The notes under the pieces: model-generated
Told to the model about the DNA's origin: nothing
What the model saw: only the letters and a program-made list of their open reading frames with translations
Databases searched by the model: none
Shown: positions 43,205 to 59,160 of the stretch, in pieces
How the letters are laid out: the number at the start of each line of letters is the position of its first letter
Numbering within the stretch: position 1 is the stretch's first letter
Position numbers and translations under genes: made by a program
NCBI GenBank assembly: GCA_028534125.1
Contig: CM052817.1
Location: 27,654,001 to 27,718,000 of the forward strand
Source: Lama glama
Lineage: Eukaryota
Reading direction: 5' to 3'
DNA length: 64,000 bases

Positions 43205-43657
43205 CTAAAAAAAAAAAAACACGAAAAGATTTATTTTCTAAAGGAAATAGAATCTTCTTTCATTTGACACCCGTAGTCATTTCAGTTTGTAAATATGCAA
43301 CAAATGCTAGGGTTTGGGGAGAATTTTTAGGCTCAGCACAATTCATTGAAAACTTTCAAGTTAAACGTACTCTAAGAAGAATTTGGGTCAACAATAATGA
43401 TATCACACTGAACAACCCACAGAAGAGACATGTCCTCTTTGACTCAAGCTTAACATTAGCACCCGATGGTGTTTTTCAAAATTAAAGTACTGAAAACTAT
43501 TGTTTCACTGGTTTTTAATCAATAGTTAACGTTCATTCCCAGTTCGTCAGGAAGCAGCAAGCCACGCAATTTAGACCTGCTTCCCAACACGGACACACCC
43601 GGCCACACAATTTTTCTGTTAAGTGTCCCACTTCTCCTCTCTCTGGAAACTCAACTG

Positions 43658-43749
43658 GTGTGGGTGGAGCTCAGTGGTAGAGCACATGCTTAGCATGGCA
43701 CGGTGTCCTGAGTTCAATCCCCAGCACCTTCATTAAAAAGAGAAAAACA
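43658..43749 (+). mobile_element. tRNA-derived SINE (short form) with 12-bp TSD
   Basis: gggtggagctcagtggtagagcacatgcttagcatggcacggtgtcctgagttcaatccccagcacc + A-rich tail; TSD GAAACTCAACTG at 43646-43657 and 43750-43761. Confidence 0.85.
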
Positions 43750-46700
43750 GAAACTCAACTGATCTGGTCCAATTCAGATTTGGTTATTATGTATTTCCTT
43801 AACTGCTGCACTATTTTTTTTGAGGTACAGTTTTACAGAATCATTGAATAATTACAATAAAACTGAACAGATATTAACCCAACATACAGCCTGACTTTTT
43901 TTGCACCACTGCATAAATAATTCTTACATTTTAAGATTTATGTTAGAGCTTTTTCGGGAGTATTAACTAGTTGCTTTTAAAGGTCTTGGTAGCACAGTTA
44001 ATAACCTACTTGATATAAATTATCATCATTATCTATCTTGGCTGTGTGTTTTCTTAAGATGTTTTTGTCACATTAAAGAAAATAATAGATATTTAACCTA
44101 AACTCTAATTTTAAAGTATCACCACTGAGCTTTCTTCACTTCATTTTTCTCACCAAATTTTTTTAAGATAGCAAACTAAAGTCATCATCTTTATCCACTG
44201 CTAGCAGCTCTTGTTTTTTAGGTGACATCACATTGCAACATAACAAGTCAAAAAGTACATCTACTTCCTTTTGAAGAATATGAATAAGAATTAGTAGAAG
44301 TAGGCTAGGAAAATTTTCTTCTTGCCAAAAATTTTTTTTAAATAACGTCTTTATAGACCTGTGTTTAAGGCCACTCTTGTACAGTCATTTGAATACACTG
44401 AAGAAGCATTTTCAAGGACAACCACAAAAGTCAACAAAAAGAAGGCAAATATGTATCAGTCTGAAGTAGGACTTCTGTTAAACCAAAGTTTAATAACACC
44501 AATCAAGGACCTCTAATTTCACCAGCCTATTAAAGGTCTAACCCACTTTACTGATGCCACAGTGAGTGAGAATGAAGCTCCTGGCAATGGGCATTGATTA
44601 CAGGAAAAAAGCAGAAGACCTGAGAAGCTAATGCAGACAGGAAACAGGTCTGCAGTCGAGGTCTGGCTTTTCACTAACTACGTGGCCTTGGGGACTCTGT
44701 TTAACTTCTGTCTAAGTCTCTTCTGCACGCTGCTGAATATGAAGACTCCAGCAGCAGCAATGCAACTGTGGATGTCACTGCTTTGCCAAGTGACATGTGC
44801 GAGTCATTACTCTGGATTTAGTTCGGAAGTTTTAGCAAAATGTGTAAATACTCACTGACAGATGAGGATCTAAATGAAACTTCTTTTGATACCTTATTCA
44901 CATTTTACATACGTTTATGAAAAAATGTGTAAGTGCACCACAAGGACGCTTACAAAACTGAATATTCAGTGTGACCTCAGCCATGTTAAAAATAATTATG
45001 TGCATAGAGAAGAGACTGGAAAGAAGTAAATCAAAGTGTTAATAATTAACTATGATTATATTTTGGTAACAGGGTTAGGGCAGTTATTATTAACTGTATC
45101 CTTGATCATCCTTGTAAAAACCAGCTTTAATAAGTTTTCATAGTAACTTAAAAGCTGTTTGAAGAACGTCTACATAACTGTTATCTCCCCTTCCTTTGCT
45201 GTGTGTGACCTTCAGTGCTGCTGGTTTATCTCTGGAAGGGCTTGGAGACCACTCTCCTATCCCCACATCCCCAATATTTAGGCAGCAGTGTTAAACTATG
45301 AGCAAGGCCAGCTGATTCAAACATGCTAGAAGAATATGGAATTTCATGTGCATTTACTGGGTGTAACAGGCTCTAGAAGGCAAGTGTGTCCTGCAGGCTG
45401 ATATCTGGGCTCTAGGCCGAAGGCCAAGAAGACTGAAGACAAGGCTCATATTCAGTTGTTAAAAAAGCGTACTAGCCACTGCTCTGGGCCCTCTGAGTAA
45501 CGCCCCTCCCTGCTGAACCCCAGCCCTGATCCTTCCATGGCAGAGGCCTCCAGGCCCCCCTCTAGCCCAGGGTCAGAGTGTGCCCCTGCTGTTAGGGATT
45601 TGGAATGACTCTGCTGACTGGGGGTTCTGCAGAACTGCCTAGTACTGACACGGGGAAGTTGAAGAATCAAGTGAAATCTTTCTGGTGAAAAAAAAAAATC
45701 AAATCAGTTTGGAAAGTGGAGAAAGGAGTGTGTCTATCAAAATGGGGATGAAGGGGGAAAAAAACGTATCATCCCAACAGCTACGCCGTGCTGCCTGCCC
45801 GGGAGAGAGCAGCTCTTTATTGAGTGCTTCCTGGAAGAACTTGCAGGGGCCAGGGCTTCATGCAAGAGGCTTGCAGTCCAGGCCAGACTTTGCTCCTTCA
45901 GCCTCGAAGGGAAGAGAGAGTGAGGTCAGGGCAGGATCCTCAAGGAGCCAATGATGCCCCAGAGGCCTTCACATCTAACTGTCTCGTCATGCAACTTCTG
46001 AATTTTCAGCAAGTCCCTCTTGGTGATGGAGAAGCTACCACCTCAGACCCATGAGGCAGGTTTCCTTTATTCACTTAAGCTTTCTGCAAAAGAAAGTCAG
46101 ATGTATCTGGTAGGTTTAATGAGAAAATAAGTGAGGAACCAACAACTGTAGAAACTTCTATTACAGGGAAGGCAGGAGATAAAGGTACCAACAGGTCTCT
46201 AGTACCTATCCTGATACTGGTATTTGTGACTTTCCCCCCTCCATGCAACAGCATTTTAAAGTGCAAATCAGACAATCCTGGAATGGACGACAGATATTCC
46301 ATGGGGTACCTGAGACATCCAGATGAATGTGCTACTCTCAGAAACAAGATGCCCCCAGCCTGCAGGGCTTGTGTTTGTCACAGTCAGGTCAGTCAGCTAA
46401 AATCCACACAGACAGGGGCTTCAGCACATTCTATTGATAATAGTTAACAGTTCACCGACACAGAGGTGGGGGAATTGGTCCTGATGTGACTCTTGGGTAC
46501 TGTTTTTTTTCTTCATGTACTGACTGGCGCTTACAAAACTGTGTGTCCCTAGGAAGTGAAAACCTCTCCCAGCCTCCGCTGTTGCATCTGCAAACCAAGG
46601 ATAATTACACACTGAACACAGTCACTGTGAGGACTAACTGAAGTAATACACAAAAAGCAGGAGGCACCCCATAAACACTGCCCGACGTGAGCTGTTGTCA

Positions 46701-47229
46701 CTCACAGCCAGGAGTGTGGTGGATTCCTTGCGGAGTCCGCTCTGCTGCCTCTGCAGAGCTGGCTGCTGTACCGCCTGAGACGCCTAAGACGGCTAGGCAA
46801 GGCTCTTCCAGGGAAAACTGCTCTGATCCCATTTCTGCCCATGTTAAGGGTGCTTGGGTCTCGAGGGGCTAATTTTCCTGGCTGATCACTGCATTAACAT
46901 CTTGATCAGTTTCTCTTCTTGTTCTTCAAGCATTATTTAATCTACTTTGCTATCTAATTGTCCTTAAAGACTCAAAACATTTATCTCAAAATACACCATG
47001 TACAACTTTATGGGAAGACTGAAATTACTGACTGCTCTCACGACCATGCCACCTGTGTGCTTAAATTGTCTTTAAGTGTCCTGTCCACATCGTCTCTATA
47101 AAGTATAAGCTGCTGAATTATAAATATCTAGAAATAAACAATGAGCTTTAAGTATTACTCAGCCTACAGAAGCACGGTTATTCTCTTGATAATGACAACG
47201 TCCTGTCTCCGTTTAACTGACACGTATTG

Positions 47230-47990
47230 ACAGAATATGCTGGACACTGGGCTGGGAATGGGGATGGGAGGATGACTCTGACTTAGTTTCTGTCCTTGGG
47301 GACTTTACCCATGTGGCCTGCCCCTCCTGTGTCAAGACCCTGGGAGAGACAGACAAACAAAGCAAAACCTTGCCCCGATACTGACTTAACAGAAGTGTGC
47401 ATGATGTACTATGGAAAGCGGTTAATTCTGCCTAGGAACTGGGGAAGGGGTTTGTTATGGAGGAGAGTGGCACCTGACCTGGGTACTGAAGCATGAACAG
47501 GACTTTCTCAAGTGGGGAAAAGGAGTCTTAGCTTGGAAGGACAGCAGGAATTAAGGGAAGATGAGAAGCAAGCGCACGGTGGCTAAGGATCACGACCTGT
47601 CCAGTGGGGTGGAACCCTCGGTGTGTGGTGGGATCTGAGGGGCGAGTTTGCAAAAATGAACAGGAAGCCTCAGATAGTGAAGGACATCAGGGGCCACACT
47701 GAGGGTGCTGGAGTTTACTCCACGGACCACGTGAAGCCAACAGAGTATTTGCAGCAGTGGGTGATGTGGGGCTTTCAGTGGGGAGAGCGTGGGGTCTGGG
47801 AGGAGCTGAGTGGCTGTTGCAAGAGTCCATGTTGTGAGACAGGCCTGGGTGAAGCAGTGGAGAGGGAGGAGGACCTCATGCTGATGCATATGGATGAGGT
47901 GGAATCAGAGGAGAGGAGACTGACATGAAGTAGGGAGAGAGATGCGTCATGGATGGATCTAAGGTTCGCAACCTGGGTAATTAATTGAAT
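47230..47990. mobile_element. L2 LINE fragment
   Basis: L2-like 3' region (ggacactgggctgggaatgggg...gatggatctaaggttcgcaacctgggtaa). Confidence 0.5.
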
Positions 47991-48118
47991 GCTACCTCTT
48001 TACAAGGTCAGACCACCACCAATAATCTGAGAAAACCATTTCCGTACTGTCAGGCGAGAACAGTTTCCCCCTCTCTGTTTCTTAAAGTTGCTCTTTATTG
48101 AGTGCTTCCTGGAAGAAC

Positions 48119-48618
48119 NNNNNNNNNNNNNNNNNNNNNNNNNNNNNNNNNNNNNNNNNNNNNNNNNNNNNNNNNNNNNNNNNNNNNNNNNNNNNNNNNN
48201 NNNNNNNNNNNNNNNNNNNNNNNNNNNNNNNNNNNNNNNNNNNNNNNNNNNNNNNNNNNNNNNNNNNNNNNNNNNNNNNNNNNNNNNNNNNNNNNNNNNN
48301 NNNNNNNNNNNNNNNNNNNNNNNNNNNNNNNNNNNNNNNNNNNNNNNNNNNNNNNNNNNNNNNNNNNNNNNNNNNNNNNNNNNNNNNNNNNNNNNNNNNN
48401 NNNNNNNNNNNNNNNNNNNNNNNNNNNNNNNNNNNNNNNNNNNNNNNNNNNNNNNNNNNNNNNNNNNNNNNNNNNNNNNNNNNNNNNNNNNNNNNNNNNN
48501 NNNNNNNNNNNNNNNNNNNNNNNNNNNNNNNNNNNNNNNNNNNNNNNNNNNNNNNNNNNNNNNNNNNNNNNNNNNNNNNNNNNNNNNNNNNNNNNNNNNN
48601 NNNNNNNNNNNNNNNNNN
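48119..48618. other. Assembly gap (500 N)
   Basis: Run of N. Confidence 1.
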
Positions 48619-49299
48619 AGGAGGAGTGGGGAGTAAGATGGAACGTCCTCTTTTGGGGTAAAATCCGTACTTAATTGACCATGATTTACGAAACTGTGAA
48701 AGTTATAAAATCCCAGTGAGTTAGATGCATACCTCTCTGACTTGGAGGAACCAGCTGCGATCTGGTTCCAGGGCATTCTTAGGGGTCCTGCCCAGTCTCT
48801 CCCCTGCAGTCAGAGCCTGCCTGACGTGGGAAAACACCATGACTCTGCATCTAACCCCAGGGCTCAAAGACAAAAACAGGATGGATTTACTTCACCTCTT
48901 GCTTCTCTCCAAGACAGCTGCACTCGCTAATTCAAAAATATTCTGAGCCAAACTGTATCTGGGGGAATTCTCTTAAATACAAGGACAGAAGGAAAATAAA
49001 TTTCTCATTTGGCAATTCTAATAAACAAGTGGGTAGCTTCCTTTAACATTTCCTTCTTTCTACATCAGCTACAAAGACAAAATTGGGTGGTGCGAAGACA
49101 TCGAGTTAGGAAAAGAGCATAATTCCTACTTCTATTTACGGATCAGCCTGAAAAGTTTTTAAGGTACTATGTGTGCTTTACCCTGAACATAATATATTAG
49201 AATAGTAGTACATGTATGGAAATAACCAATGAATGTGTACCTTGGTAGATTTTCTACCCCCCAAAATTTTTATCAATGAGCTGCTTAATTCAAAAGTTT

Positions 49300-49406
49300 G
49301 GGGAAGGGTATACTCAGTGGTAGAGGTCCTAGGTTCAACCCCCAGTACCTTCTCTAAAAATAAATAAATGAATTAACCTAATTATCCCCCTCCCCAAACA
49401 AAACCA
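49300..49406 (+). mobile_element. tRNA-derived SINE (camelid Vic-type), internally deleted, with TSD
   Basis: ggggaagggtatactcagtggtagag^gtcctaggttcaacccccagtacc...aacctaattatccccctcccc; TSD AAAAGTTTG at 49292-49300 and 49407-49415. Confidence 0.8.
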
Positions 49407-49906
49407 AAAAGTTTGAAGACACTGTTCTAGTTAATGATATTAATATCTTTTATAAGCCACAGACATGTAGGAATGAACTTAAAGATATAAGGAAAATCAT
49501 GAGCTACTCCTTTCAGTTTACAGTTGCTTATTAACCTCAAGGAGAAGTTTGCATGCTAGAAAGAGACGATGCCATTGAAACTTAACAAGAAAGGGCCGAA
49601 ATTAACCGAATAGAAATAGTACTATGTGAACCCTGCCTCTGCAGCTATCATTTCACTTTAATTTCTATCACTGACTAATGAAACACATATATCAAAGTCT
49701 TTAAAACATGTAGAAACTATTTTAAAGAAACAGGGTCACTTTTTGAAGAAAACTCAGGCTCACAGCACCTGGCCTACTTCAATCTCACTGCACCACATCT
49801 AGGAACCACTTCTGTATTGATACAGACATCTTTTAATGTGACTATATTCTTCTGGCCTAAACTCAAGAAGACTGTGGCTAGTGGCTCATCCTGAAATTTC
49901 TGTTTA

Positions 49907-50656
<750 letters not shown>

Positions 50657-53600
50657 TCAGAGACTGTCAGCGAAGACAAGGACAAGTTATGTCCTCCATT
50701 TGGAGTCTGACATTAAAAAATGTCAAAAACATGGATTTTTTACTCTCTGCCACACACCAAGGTGACATGGTGAGTCCACTTGTAATAGGATGCATAGCTT
50801 CCTGTGGCTTTGTGGCTGATGGGGTGCCTGGTGAGTCACCCTAGCCAGACTCTGGGAGAAGGCTGGGCTCCGATGGGGGCACTGGACAGAGACACCCTCT
50901 CCGTGGCATGAACTGGACAGCACAGATCTGAACCTACACCTTTGGCTTCATTAATATCCTCATTCTAATGAACCGAGCCAGCCCTGCAGACTCAATTCCT
51001 CATTGACAGGAGGGCTGAGAGCAATCATTACTTCTATTTCTGGAGTGCCCTCATGCCCTTGCTATTAATCAGCTGATCCAGTCCCTGCTGAGAGGACGTC
51101 ACTCCCAGATGCAAACTGGAGAAGAAAGATAAGTTTCTTTGAAGAGACTGCGAAACATCTAAGGTAAAACGACGCATGGGCCTACGAGGCCGATGATGAT
51201 AAACCCAAAGCAAGACCGAGTCACCCAACATCTGTGTTCACGCTTCTTTCTTTTAATCTGTCTGCCAACTTCGATTTCTTGTCAAGACCAACGTGTAGGC
51301 TGATCTATATCAGGATCACCTGAAAAGCAGCAGTGCCTCTTAGAGCCTCTCCCATCAAATCACCAAACCTCTACTACGACGGCATGTGCCGAGTGCCAGT
51401 TAGACCCCGTAAACGTACTCTAAAGCATGTTAACTGTCGATCAGTGGAAAGCAAACAGCAAACAGAAAACAATCAGGTCACTTCAAAAAGAAAATAAGAA
51501 AGGAAAAAAAAAACCCCTTCATAGTGAAAATGTGATTTAATATTGTCAGTCCAAGGGTCTTGAAACTTCACCCTAAATGTAACCATTACAAGGAACATTC
51601 TCTTCTTTCCAGACCACCACCCAGAAGGCACTGTTTGTAAATACCCAGAGAGAGATACATTTTAGGGTTTACTTAGAGGTATGAGGGTGCCCCTCATTTT
51701 CTCTCCCCCAACACAGAACAATGGCAACAAACAAAATACTATAGATTTTAGATGCCAATGTCCATTGTTTATGACAGAAATGTAACCAACAACATGCAGT
51801 CTCTGGAAATGTTGACTAGCTGTATTCTTCCCCCCTTAGGAACCTTTAAAAATGAAAAATGGTGAGATGCTCAAGGGCTTCCAGGGGGACAACGAATCAA
51901 ATAGCTGTGGCTAAGAAACTGATTCTTCTAGAAAATGCAGGATGATGACCACCGAAGCCAACCTTCAGAAAGCTCCCTGCAGTACTTCATGCTCTATTGT
52001 GTTGCTTCTTAGTAACTAAGATGTCAGGGGAAGGTGGGACAAGTCTCCTTTTTCAACTATTTAATAAGAATACAGACACAGCCCAGAGCATATAGGAAGC
52101 ACTTTTGACAATCTTCTGAATCTATAAAATGCTACTGCTCCTAAATCCCTCAGGAAAAATGACAAGTCAACTTGGAGGCCAGTTCTCTGAAGTTCAGGAG
52201 AGGATTACAGGCTGCATGTTCCATGAGCAGATGGGGGATGAGGACCAGCAGAGTGTCTCAAGAAATATTTACTAATGCACGCGGAGACTCTTATAAATGA
52301 ATAGAGTGTCTTAGTTTATAGCTTTTGTACTCTCGTCTGAACATTCCACAAATATTGGGCGCAAGCTTGTTTTTTACAGTGATTTTTGAGTGCTGAAGAA
52401 ATAACTGGATGCCAGGTAGAGTTTCAGGCTAGAGCTGCCTGACGAGCTAGGAACTTGGCCGGAGCGGCAGCCAAGACAGAGTGGGCTTGCTGCCCTGGAG
52501 AAGAAGGGACGCGGGTATGGGAAGTATCTTTCACACACAGAACACTGGAAGAGATGTTGCCTCTGCCCCCAGCCAGGTGGAAAGGAAGAACCGAGCTCAT
52601 GATTTAAACCAAATCTTAATGGAGAAAAGACCTCAAATAGTTGCGTATTGTATCTTACTATGACCCAAACCAAATGAACAAGAAAGTAAACAGCTGAACT
52701 ATACAAGCGGGTAAGGTATGAGATTTTTATTTACTTCTAGCTTTTTGTTCTTTTATTAGTAAAAATCAAAGGACGATATTGATTGGGGAGTCTCAATTGT
52801 AGCACACTTGCAGTTTTCATTCATTTAATCCTATAATCCCATCCTAGACCCGAAGTTGTATTTACTGTTTGCATTTTAATCAGCATGTCCCAATTGATTT
52901 ACAGCCTATATACCTTTAACATAACCTTGATGAAGGGAGCAAACTATGAAAGGAAAGGCTAAAACAGAATTACCTAGAAATAACTGTTCGAATGTATTTT
53001 GTCCGATGTCCTAAAGAGAGCACTCAGTTGTTTTAATCATATTGGTAACTCACATTATGGTATAGATTTTTAGGGAAAAAAATCTGACTTCAGGACAAGC
53101 ATGATTTGTTTTCTTAAATGAAGGATCAACTTGGTAATATGCCGAGAAAAAAATCATTATGTAATACACTACATCATGAAGATAATGTATGAAAGTGCAC
53201 TCAGAATATCAGAGAGTAACTATAATCATAAAACAGTTCTTGCCTACAGTTTTTTTTCAAATGCTTTATTCTGAATTTATTCTCAGAACTGATATATGTA
53301 AAAATAGAAACTGTGATCTTTAAAGCTGAATTCTTTTTTCAGTACCTTAAAATATTTGAATAGTATTTCACATCAATACATTGAAGTGTGCAATGAAAAA
53401 TATTACTATTATACTTGATGGAAAACAGCAAATCTTTCCACTTAATGTGTACTGCTAGCAGCAATACTTAGCTTTCCAGACAGTATAATTATAAACACAA
53501 GTACTGTGTGATGCCCATTATCACTAAGAAATGGAGAAAAGTTCTGTTTTCACATGAACACAATTAAATGGTCACCAATCCATGATTCTTAACTGAGCAA

Positions 53601-56600
53601 AGTGTGAACATGTATTTTGAATTTTCAAAACTTTTCCTTCCTAGTCACAGAATGCTCCCCTCAAGTGATGGTAGAGAAGTACAAAGTCAATAGTTTACAT
53701 AAGGGCTCTGAAACAACCTCCTTTATCCCTAGCTTCTCTAAAATTAAACACCATAAAATGTTAATAAGTCACAATCACAGAGCACTCTAAAATGACCACG
53801 TCTCTCTAATTTATTTAGCTTTATTGTGCAATCTGTTCAGAGATAATATCATGTTGCAAACTGTGCCTAGTCTGATTCTATAATCTGAACCCATGATTAT
53901 TTTTTTAATTAAAAAATTCATTTCAAGAAATTCTTCAAAATGTAAGTGGTTTAATCCAAGCTAAATCTGATAAATGAAGAAGAGGGACGGGAACTCAGCA
54001 ATCAAACACAGACTCCCTACTTTAACGTCCTTCTTTGTAAAGAAAGCCTTGAATGGAATTTGCCCATCACAGCATAATCCCAAGAGTATTCTGTTTCCAT
54101 GAAGGGAGATCACAGTAGTCAAGATTAGTGGTAACCTTTTGATTTTAGCCCAGCGAAGGGTGAAATTTATTAATATTAAAAATGCAGAAGCAGAAGGAAA
54201 ATTTTTCTGACCTATACTATCATGTATCCGTATATTACATCTACCAAAAAGAATTCCAACTAGTTCAAAATAGATGATTTTCTTAAAACATTAATATAAC
54301 TTCTTTTCATGAGAGGACTTCATAGCATAGAAAACAGAAGTTGGAAAATGAAAGCATCTTTGGAAGCATCACCCCTGTCTTAAATCAATGAACTACTGTA
54401 TGTCTTTAAAAAAAAATGCCATCCAATTTTTTTTCCTAATGGCAAACATCAACACAGCAAAACAGGATGCAATTTTTCTAAATAAATAAATCAATGATGT
54501 GTCAAAAATTAACAGATGAGTTAATATACTTGGTGCTATCAAAACCAGATGGTGCTTCCTAATATTCATCCTGCTCAGTCAATCCCTGAATATTTTCTGG
54601 ACCATCGGTATATAAAATAGGATGCTGCTATTTGTGATGGCAAACAAAAGCAATCATGCCTGCCAAGCACATACTATAACAGGCAGCATTTCAGCTCTGC
54701 TAGACAGAAAGTAATTAGAATGCTTTTAATGTCCAAAAGAATGATGCTGATAGGCTGCCACAGATGTGTAGATTTATGAATATTTATATGGTGGTTTATA
54801 GCTGACACTTTTATCAGTTGAAGAAGATAAAATATCTGCCTGACTCAAAAGCTTGACAGTCAGGTTAATAAAATCTCATTAAAGAGAATGACCTATGCAA
54901 TTATATAGGATTTATTGTAATTCATTTTTGATTGTACTCTGCTTAAAGATGCAATTTCCCATTTCCTGATGCCAAATTTAGGCTGCATATCAAGATCTAC
55001 ATGGGTTTTAACTCTAAGCCTCCCACAGAGGAAAAATATGCTTTTAGAATCATGGTATATTACCCCTTTTAAGGAAAATTATACTCTTCAGGAGACTTTA
55101 TAATGTTGAAAAAATCTATTTTTAATCGAGTATTTCTCCTCTCAATGGTTTATGGCCCTTAATGGCAAATAAGATTCACTTCAACCCTTTCATCTCTTCA
55201 CTGCATTTACTCTGGACACTCAGCTATCTCTCTTCCATCCTTGATTCATTTAATCACATCAATGTTTTGACTATTTTCAATTTACCAGGTGGCCCTGAGA
55301 CGCTGCAAAAACACTGTTGTGAGGGTGCAACAAGCAACCCCCCACCCACACCCCACCTGGTATGCTTAAATGGCTCTGTGCACACATGCTTATTGGTTCA
55401 AAGTGGAACCACTAGTTTCTCAAAGAGCCAATCAGCTCTTCAGGTGACTGTCCCTCTGATGGCCACTCACATCTCTGTGCCTGTCAGATGGCTTTGTCCC
55501 TCAGTGATTAGTATTATGACCACAATTCATGATGTCTAGTACTGTGGTTCCCCCCCACCCTCCCCAAGACCATTTTCCTCACTGCATGGAAGAAATCTAC
55601 CATCCAATTCCTAGTTTTTCAAAAACCACACGGCATCCTGCCCTTGGTGCTATCAAGCTTACCTCTCTACGATCTCTCCTAAAGAAAAACTGAAAATAAA
55701 AGGAAATAAGAAATATCGGGAGTCTGAGGGGCATCAACAAGCCCCTTTTCACTCTTTCGGATTCTGTGATGGGATTTCCATCTGGGGACACAGACAAAAT
55801 AAACTAAACAGGACATTAGAAAAAATACTGAAAGAGAACATTCAGGACAAGGTAAGAAGAAAAACAACAAAAAGTCCTGGATGAAAAAGCAGGGGAACTG
55901 CCGTTGTAGAAGGGGCCAGGAAAAGAACAGCAAGTGACTGGTGCAGAAAAAAGGAGTAATACAGGAAAAATAGAAAGAAAAAGCAAGGTTAAAACTATGG
56001 AGGAAAATGAGAGGGGGAAAATTTTATATCCTATTTAAAAATGTAAAACAAAGACAGCAAAGACTGAAAGGAGAAAGCAAGATGAGATTAAAGACTGAAC
56101 TGGGCAGATAAAGAGGGGGAAAGCCCCAGTGAACGTGGTGGAACTGAGATTTTGCAAAGGAGTAAGCAAAATATAGAAAATGGAAAAAGAACCCAAACTT
56201 CTGGACAAGACAAAAATAAAGAAAAGGCAGAGCTGGGAAATAAACAAGAAATGAACAAGTAGTACAGAAGAAAATCAAACCCCAAACCCAGAAGGAACAC
56301 AAACCTCACTAAAAAGGGGGAGAAGACAAATGAAAAACGAGGAAAACAGAAGTAGGGTAGCTTAAAAATGAATATAAAAACACAATGGAATATAAAAACA
56401 GAATAAAACCACACCCCACAAACAATAACAACATCCAACTAAGAACCCCGGCGAAAGCCCTCCAACATCTCCAAATCAGCGAGGGATGTGACAGAACAAG
56501 TCTTCACTATAAACTGTAATTAGATTTTCTGCCTCAAAACCAATCCTTCATGTGTCAAAATATTGACAAACAACAGAACAGAAGCTTAGGCATCTATAAC

Positions 56601-57575
56601 TCATTTCAAGACAACGCTCATATTCTCATTAGGAAAAAAAAGCGCCTTGGATTCACCGATATGCAGGATTTTTGGAGCTTCAACGTATCATAAAAGGCCC
56701 GACCGGGAACTTTTAGTTCTGAGAAGCGGGAAAACGCGGCTGCGCGTCCTCAAGGGAGCAGGGAGCACCCCGGGGCGCAGGCCTCAGGCGGCGGCCTCCC
56801 CACCAGCGCGCCTCCCCCGCCCCCCGCAGCCGGCAGGGAGTCTCGTACCCGGGGTGGGGGCTCTCCCCGAAGGGCACTTGTGCAGGGCGCGGCGGGGGGC
56901 GGGGGGAGGGGCGGACGTCTCCTCGCCCGAAGTCTGCGGCGCCGGGCGAGCCCCCGTTCCACCCGCGTGGCTGGTGCCGAGGCGCCCGGCGTTCTCACAC
57001 CCACGGGCTGAGACTCCGGGGTGTGTGGGAAAGAGGAGCAGGGAGACGCAGACAGCGCGCACCCGGGAAAAGCGCTCAGGAAAAGAGAAGGGAGACAGCC
57101 CGAGGGCCGTAAGAATGGACCGCGACACAGCGAGGGAAAAAGAGGACGGGAAGGCGAGCGAGAAGTAAAGAGGAGGAAAAAACAAATGGAGGAGAGGGAA
57201 ATAAAGGGAAGAAGTGGGGGAGAAAGTGAAGCAGCGGAGGGCGGCCCTGAGAACCTCCAGAGTAGCGCTCGCTTCTCCCGGAGCGGCCGCCGCTGTCACC
57301 TTAGGGTGTCCCGCCCGCCCTACTCCCGGGCCGCGGTCCGGCGCCAGGCTGCCTCCCCGGCCTCCTCCCGAACGGTCTCGGCCGCCGATCGCCACCGCCG
57401 CGCTTCCTCGGCGCCAAGCGGGATACGAGCGGCGGAGCCACCTGTTAAGAGGCGCGCGCGCCGTCGGAAGCACAGGACGCGGCGGCGGTGGAGGCGGCGG
57501 CGCGGAATCCTCCAGAAGTTGCGGCCCGCGCGTGGAGGCCTCGGGGGTGCGCTCGGACGCCCCGACCCTCCCTCA

Positions 57576-58481
<906 letters not shown>

Positions 58482-58870
58482 TTAGGGTAATATCTGCTAA
58501 TGATAATGGGGGCGGAGGCGGAGCCTGGCGCCGCCGCTGCTGCCCGCGTGGTCGCCCGGTCGAGTGTGCGCCTCCGACGGGGGGCAGGGAAGGGATAAGC
58601 CGGGACCCGGAGGGCGCGCTGGTAACAGCGCGAGGTTCCAGCCGGGACGAGACTTCGGAGCGGCAGATGTGCTGCTGTGGGCGGGGTCCAGTTTCAGGAA
58701 GGAGCTCTTGGCGCCCCCTGCATGACCCCAAACTCTCGGGGCCGCACTGAGGGACTGGTAGTAGTTGGGACGGGGCGGGGTAGCTGGAGTGCGTGTATGC
58801 CTCGGGTAGATGTTACAGCCCGTTCTTCTGCCGGTCAGGAATTGCTCCCCCGACCTTCTGAAAAGAATAC

Positions 58871-58950
58871 CTAGACGGCCTTGACCCAGGTCGCTGCGAG
58901 TTGTTTGCGCGCCCAGGGGTTTCTGCCTATACCCAGCTCGTAGCCTTCCA
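58871..58950 (-). other. BEND4: Candidate non-coding first exon of BEND4 (5' boundary unknown)
   Basis: Donor-like TAG|gtattc at 58871/58870 near the upstream edge of the CpG island; inference only. Confidence 0.35.
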
Positions 58951-59029
58951 GCTCATACTGTCATAGGAGCACACAAGGAATTGGGGTTTCACATTATTTG
59001 GTTAGTTTACTATGGGGTACGGAGAGGGC

Positions 59030-59160
59030 ATGATAGAATTAGTTTCCCCATTCTACAGATGAGAAAACCAAGGCACTTCAAGGGTATTGCCCAAAGTCAT
59101 ATACTCAAGTGTATGGCTGAGTTGTACAGATGTACCCAGGTATTCAAATTCTCACTTCTT
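59030..59160 (-). mobile_element. MIR SINE fragment
   Basis: ccccattctacagatgagaaaaccaaggcac...ttgcccaaagtcatata. Confidence 0.7.

Noticed and set aside
43658..43735. tRNA-like sequence with A and B boxes
   Set aside because: A-rich tail, TSDs and several diverged copies indicate a SINE, not a tRNA gene.
55679..56438. Phe/Leu-rich membrane-protein-like ORFs on the minus strand
   Set aside because: By-product of the T-rich composition; similar peptides appear in all three frames.
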